This document shows positions 62,349 to 64,000 of a DNA stretch of 64,000 nucleotides, one piece after another. Below the pieces are notes generated by a model. It saw only the letters and a program-made list of their open reading frames with translations, did not search any database and was not told where the DNA came from. A program made the position numbers and the translations under genes. The first letter of the stretch is position 1, and each line of letters begins with the position of its first letter. The stretch is from IMG/VR virus record IMGVR_UViG_3300035682_001186, positions 32,001 through 96,000 of that record, one strand, 5' to 3'. Source of the stretch: a virus.

Positions 62349-63158
62349 ATGGCATATACTCTAACTTATTCAATTGGCACGATAACTGTCGTTGATACTA
62401 CTCTTAATACTCAGACAAGTCTGGCCTTGCCTGGCAGAAACTATGCAGGGTATGGTCAACCGGTTGATCAAAATCAAATCTCTCTTTTAGAGAATTTTGC
62501 TAGTTATCCAGTTACTGGTCCAACTAATCCAATTCCTGGACAAACTTGGTATGATTCTAGTACAACATCTTTTAAAGTTAATACTAGTGCTAATTCAACT
62601 CCTAGTTGGCAATCTTTAGTAGTTTCAGGATCAGCCAGCACATCATTTGGCAACTTAACTGTTACAGGAAATTTAACTACTACTCATATTACAACAGGTG
62701 GAAACACAATTCCTGGTGATTTTACTGGTAATTGGACATTAACTGCTGGAAGTAGACTAAATGCTACTTACGCTGACTTAGGTGAAAGATTTGCCGCTGA
62801 TGATGAATATGAAGCTGGTACTGTTATGGAAATGGGAGGAATTGCAGAAATTACAGCAGTTCGTGATGATTTAAGTGATATAGTATTTGGAGTTATTAGT
62901 GAATCGGCTGGTGTTACAATGAACAGTGGCGCCGGATCACAATCTACACATCCAACAATTGCAATGACTGGTCGTGTTCCTGTTAAAGTTATTGGAAAGA
63001 TCAGTAAAGGTGATAGATTAGTTTCTGCTGGTAATGGTCTCGCACGTGCGGCCAAGAAAAATGAAGCAACTCCATTTAACACTGTTGGGCGTAGTTTAGA
63101 AGACAAATTAACTAACAGCGAAGGAAAAGTTCTGGCCGCCGTAAGTGTAAAACTTTAA
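62349..63158 (+). CDS. Short fibre/structural protein with Peptidase_G2-type autocleaving chaperone
   Basis: GRNYAGYG...LLENFA...GQTWYD; YADLGE...GRVPVKV; GATAAATA at 62309-62316. Confidence 0.7.
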   Translation: MAYTLTYSIGTITVVDTTLNTQTSLALPGRNYAGYGQPVDQNQISLLENFASYPVTGPTNPIPGQTWYDSSTTSFKVNTSANSTPSWQSLVVSGSASTSFGNLTVTGNLTTTHITTGGNTIPGDFTGNWTLTAGSRLNATYADLGERFAADDEYEAGTVMEMGGIAEITAVRDDLSDIVFGVISESAGVTMNSGAGSQSTHPTIAMTGRVPVKVIGKISKGDRLVSAGNGLARAAKKNEATPFNTVGRSLEDKLTNSEGKVLAAVSVKL

Positions 63159-63182
63159 TATAAAAATACTCGGAGCAGATAA

Positions 63183-64000
63183 ATGACTTATGCACTAGGC
63201 GGATTAATACAAGCAACGGATCTTAATGGATTTGTTAGCACTGGATCACCAAACTTTAATAATATTTGGTCTACTGGAAGCAGTGACGCTGGATACGGTC
63301 AAACTGCAGTAAGTACAGTTACAGCTGGAACAACGGTTTCATTCAATCCATGGAACACATTAATTACAAACATGGCAAGTGCCGCCGCTCATCAAGGTAC
63401 ATCTATAACTGCTATAACTGCTCCAGTAGCCGGAAATACAGTTGCTTATTTGTCAGCGTTAAGTACAAATTTGACTAGCATTAATAACGGTAGATTAAAT
63501 GCAGCTGCGGTGGGAACTGATATTACTACTAGTGCTACAAGAACAACAGATTGGGGCACAGCAGTTTCAATACCGGTAGTAACTAGTACCGTTACTATTA
63601 CATTTTCTTCTGCCACAACTGCCAGATACTTTTTTAATGCCGGTGGAACATTACGGATCAGTTGTAGTCGTACATTAGGATCAGGTAACCCACAAGATTT
63701 AGCATGGACTCAATTATGTACTGACATTGGTACATTGGCATTACCTGCAGTTAGCACAGCACAAACAATAGCAGGAACAAGTTTCACTGGATTTACGAAA
63801 ATTGGAGGTGGTGGAACAGCCCCATCAACTTATGTAAGAAATGGATATTATAATTTAACCGGTACTCCTACTACATATTTTCGACAATATTCCGATAGTG
63901 GAGTATATACTGGTGATAATCTATCAATGAATCTCAGTGTAAGTTCAAACATTGTTACTATTAGTGTAATATTTACTGATGTATCAAGTGGCACTGCAAC
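63183..64000 (+). CDS. Virion structural protein, 3' end outside window
   Basis: GGAG RBS; MTYALGGLIQATDLNG...GYGQ...ARYFFNAGG; no stop seen before window end. Confidence 0.7.
   Translation, partial: MTYALGGLIQATDLNGFVSTGSPNFNNIWSTGSSDAGYGQTAVSTVTAGTTVSFNPWNTLITNMASAAAHQGTSITAITAPVAGNTVAYLSALSTNLTSINNGRLNAAAVGTDITTSATRTTDWGTAVSIPVVTSTVTITFSSATTARYFFNAGGTLRISCSRTLGSGNPQDLAWTQLCTDIGTLALPAVSTAQTIAGTSFTGFTKIGGGGTAPSTYVRNGYYNLTGTPTTYFRQYSDSGVYTGDNLSMNLSVSSNIVTISVIFTDVSSGTA

Noticed and set aside
35098-63106. Short ORFs antisense or out of frame within gp55 and baseplate genes
   Set aside because: Nested in or overlapping well-supported genes, with no motifs or expression signals

Overview
AT-rich segment of a large, distantly T4-like myovirus genome; no cellular genes were recognised. 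From left to right: (1) two collagen-like fibre genes on the minus strand, one of them a >3,490-codon ORF (10490 to beyond position 1) that is missing from the supplied ORF track because it runs off the window; (2) two paralogous putative internal head proteins and an HNH endonuclease; (3) the head operon (gp23, gp22, gp21, core proteins, gp20) with an inserted GIY-YIG/Seg-like endonuclease; (4) two paralogous tape-measure-like genes; (5) a gp26-like gene joined to a gp51-like ORF by a canonical -1 frameshift signal (U_UUU_UUC plus an 11-bp hairpin 7 nt downstream); (6) a ~510-bp hairpin-dense non-coding region (candidate origin and/or structured RNA); (7) resolvase, gp46, gp47 and gp55; (8) a baseplate cluster on the plus strand, including a 4,170-aa protein. 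A late-promoter-like NNTAAATA motif precedes most structural genes. All product calls come from motif recognition and gene order by eye; no database searches or folding programs were run.
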